From Macrostomum hystrix (Eukaryota > Animalia > Platyhelminthes): a DNA stretch of 64,000 nt. Numbering within the stretch: position 1 is the stretch's first letter; each line of letters begins with the position of its first letter. Made by a program: the position numbers and the translations under genes. The DNA lies in NCBI GenBank assembly GCA_950097015.1, contig CATNEN010000029.1:3596001-3660000 (forward strand), written 5' to 3'. This document shows positions 62,601 to 64,000 of the stretch, in pieces. The notes beneath the pieces are model-generated. The model saw only the letters and a program-made list of their open reading frames with translations. It was not told the DNA's origin and did not search any database.

Positions 62601-64000
62601 TTCGTCGATTTTGTTGAGAACGGTATCAATTACTCTTTTCGCTCTCGAGTTCAACCTCTGTGACTGCATTCGACAATGCAGCACCGCTCAGTGAAGTTGT
62701 GGTCGCATCGAAAGGCAATGCAGTTGTCGTTCCGACATCCTGCACTGTGACCGTACAGTTCTCGAGCGTTTCATTGGACAATCCGCCACACAGAGTCGCT
62801 AGTCGACTGTTCTCCACCTTGACTGTTGCATCTGACGCTTGCCAGATGTTTGATCCGGTTTTTACAAAGTCTAAAATGCAGCAAAGGCCGATGCGAGAAC
62901 TAACTTTAAGGAGAAAGCAAAAAAGTCATTATACGAACTACTCGTAATTTCATTATTTTTTGCACAAGCAGAATTTCAAATGTCATCTTCAGCATAGTCC
63001 GTAGACTTCACCTTCTCCCATGGTAGTACCGATTAATAGAACTCATGTTGGACTTCAAAGTTCGATAGTTTCCAGTTAGGCTTGAAAACTTATCGACGAC
63101 GACTTCCTGTTGTGAACGTAATACTTTATCATGAATAATTACTATTTGAAAATCTCAAATTAAAACAAAAATTTACTAAATAGCTTTGAAAAATCTTACT
63201 TGAGAATTGAGAGTAACCTGATCAACTCGGAGTACAGAATTTCGCAGCAGCTCGTTGTTTGCTCCAGTGAGTCGGGTCGCATTCACGGTGAAGTTTGCGA
63301 TCACGTTAATAAATTGCGTTCGTTGCTGCAATAATACGAGCGTATCACAATTTAATCAGATTTAATTTAAACCGAAACTTAAGAAAACCGAAAGCGTTTC
63401 ACTGTAAAAAAACGAGGGAATGTACTTACCTGTGTCATCTTTACTCGGAAGCTCTCTCTTGACTCTGCAGGTTGAGTTGGCACCCTCTGCCTCTTCGTTC
63501 TTGACCGTTCATCAATGAGCCGACGCACAGTAGAGTGTGTAGAAGCCCCTTGTTGATCCCCTTTTCCTAAATACTTGTTTAGCTCAGGACTGCTCCACTC
63601 AGAATGTCAGATATGTTTTGAACGAGTACCTCAGGTGGAACAGGAGGGGGCTTAACCTGCAACGAATGGATTTCAGGAGAAACGTTACTCCAAGTAAAGC
63701 TGATGGTTTTCGCCTGCGAATCACTTACGTAGACATTGAAGACGTAGTCCTTTCTGTCACCAAGAGGGTCATAGATGTAAGCAATGAGATCAGCAGCGAA
63801 ATTATCCGTCGGTGAGCCGACCTGGGAAGAATATCTCTGGAGGCGTGGTCAAATCTCCATAGAAAAGAAGATTCGCTCGTCGGCTGCCCTTACTGCTGAA
63901 TCCGATACTCATAGGTCAAGTGCCCGGTGCTTGTATGAACTCTCTCCAGCCTGAGCAATTGATTTGGAACTTTGTCTCCATGGCGATTCCCCTTAGAGGA
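56464..64000 (-). CDS. Gene A 3' part: paralogous polycystin-1-like gene (REJ to C-terminus) with many apparent 1-2-bp indels
   Basis: 57955-64000 aligns to 8415-14423 at near identity; own terminal exon 56464-56618. Frameshifts may be read errors or pseudogenisation. Confidence 0.8.
56846..57190 (-). mobile_element. SINE-like repeat with (ATT)n tail, approx.
   Basis: (aat)n then ttacacctgcaccaattggg...gtccatggactgggaggg, shared with the copy at 57510-57800. Confidence 0.7.
57510..57800 (-). mobile_element. tRNA-derived SINE, approx.
   Basis: Minus-strand head tagctaagtgtttagggcgtcggactcacggcgtgaaggtccgggattcaattcccgac; body homologous to the 56846-57190 copy. Confidence 0.72.
57955..64000. 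repeat. Near-identical duplicate of 8415-14423 (offset about 49.5 kb)
   Basis: Direct comparison shows exons and most introns match, apart from scattered substitutions, small indels and two locally rewritten intron patches (~63360-63400, ~63695-63720). Confidence 0.95.

Overview
Eukaryotic, intron-rich invertebrate DNA. The SINEs and gene style resemble a free-living flatworm such as Macrostomum, but that is a guess. Almost the whole window is a head-to-tail tandem array of giant polycystin-1-like (PKD1/REJ family) genes on the minus strand. Gene B is complete (signal-peptide ATG at 54649, stop at 4936). Gene A contributes its 3' end (56464-64000) and gene C its first two coding exons (2647-2728, 337-726). 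Gene B encodes a signal peptide, then about five repeats of a multi-exon lectin cassette (C-type lectin, kringle, F-type/fucolectin, F5/8-discoidin, LamG-like), then fibrinogen-C, a Cys-rich EB-like module, PKD repeats, REJ, GAIN/GPS, TM1, PLAT, further TMs, the polycystin cation-channel domain and a short coiled-coil-like tail. Genes A and B are nearly identical over at least 6 kb of the membrane/REJ region. They switch abruptly to a diverged state 14 bp before the penultimate donor site and have terminal exons only about 60% identical in protein. Introns hold a decayed Tc1/IS630-type transposon with long TIRs (carrying two tiny insertions with 8-bp TSDs), a hAT MITE filled with a 16-bp minisatellite, tRNA-derived SINEs, a SAP-motif retroelement remnant and a patchwork templated insertion. 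Splice sites and exon phases were read by hand; coordinates marked approx. are not base-exact.
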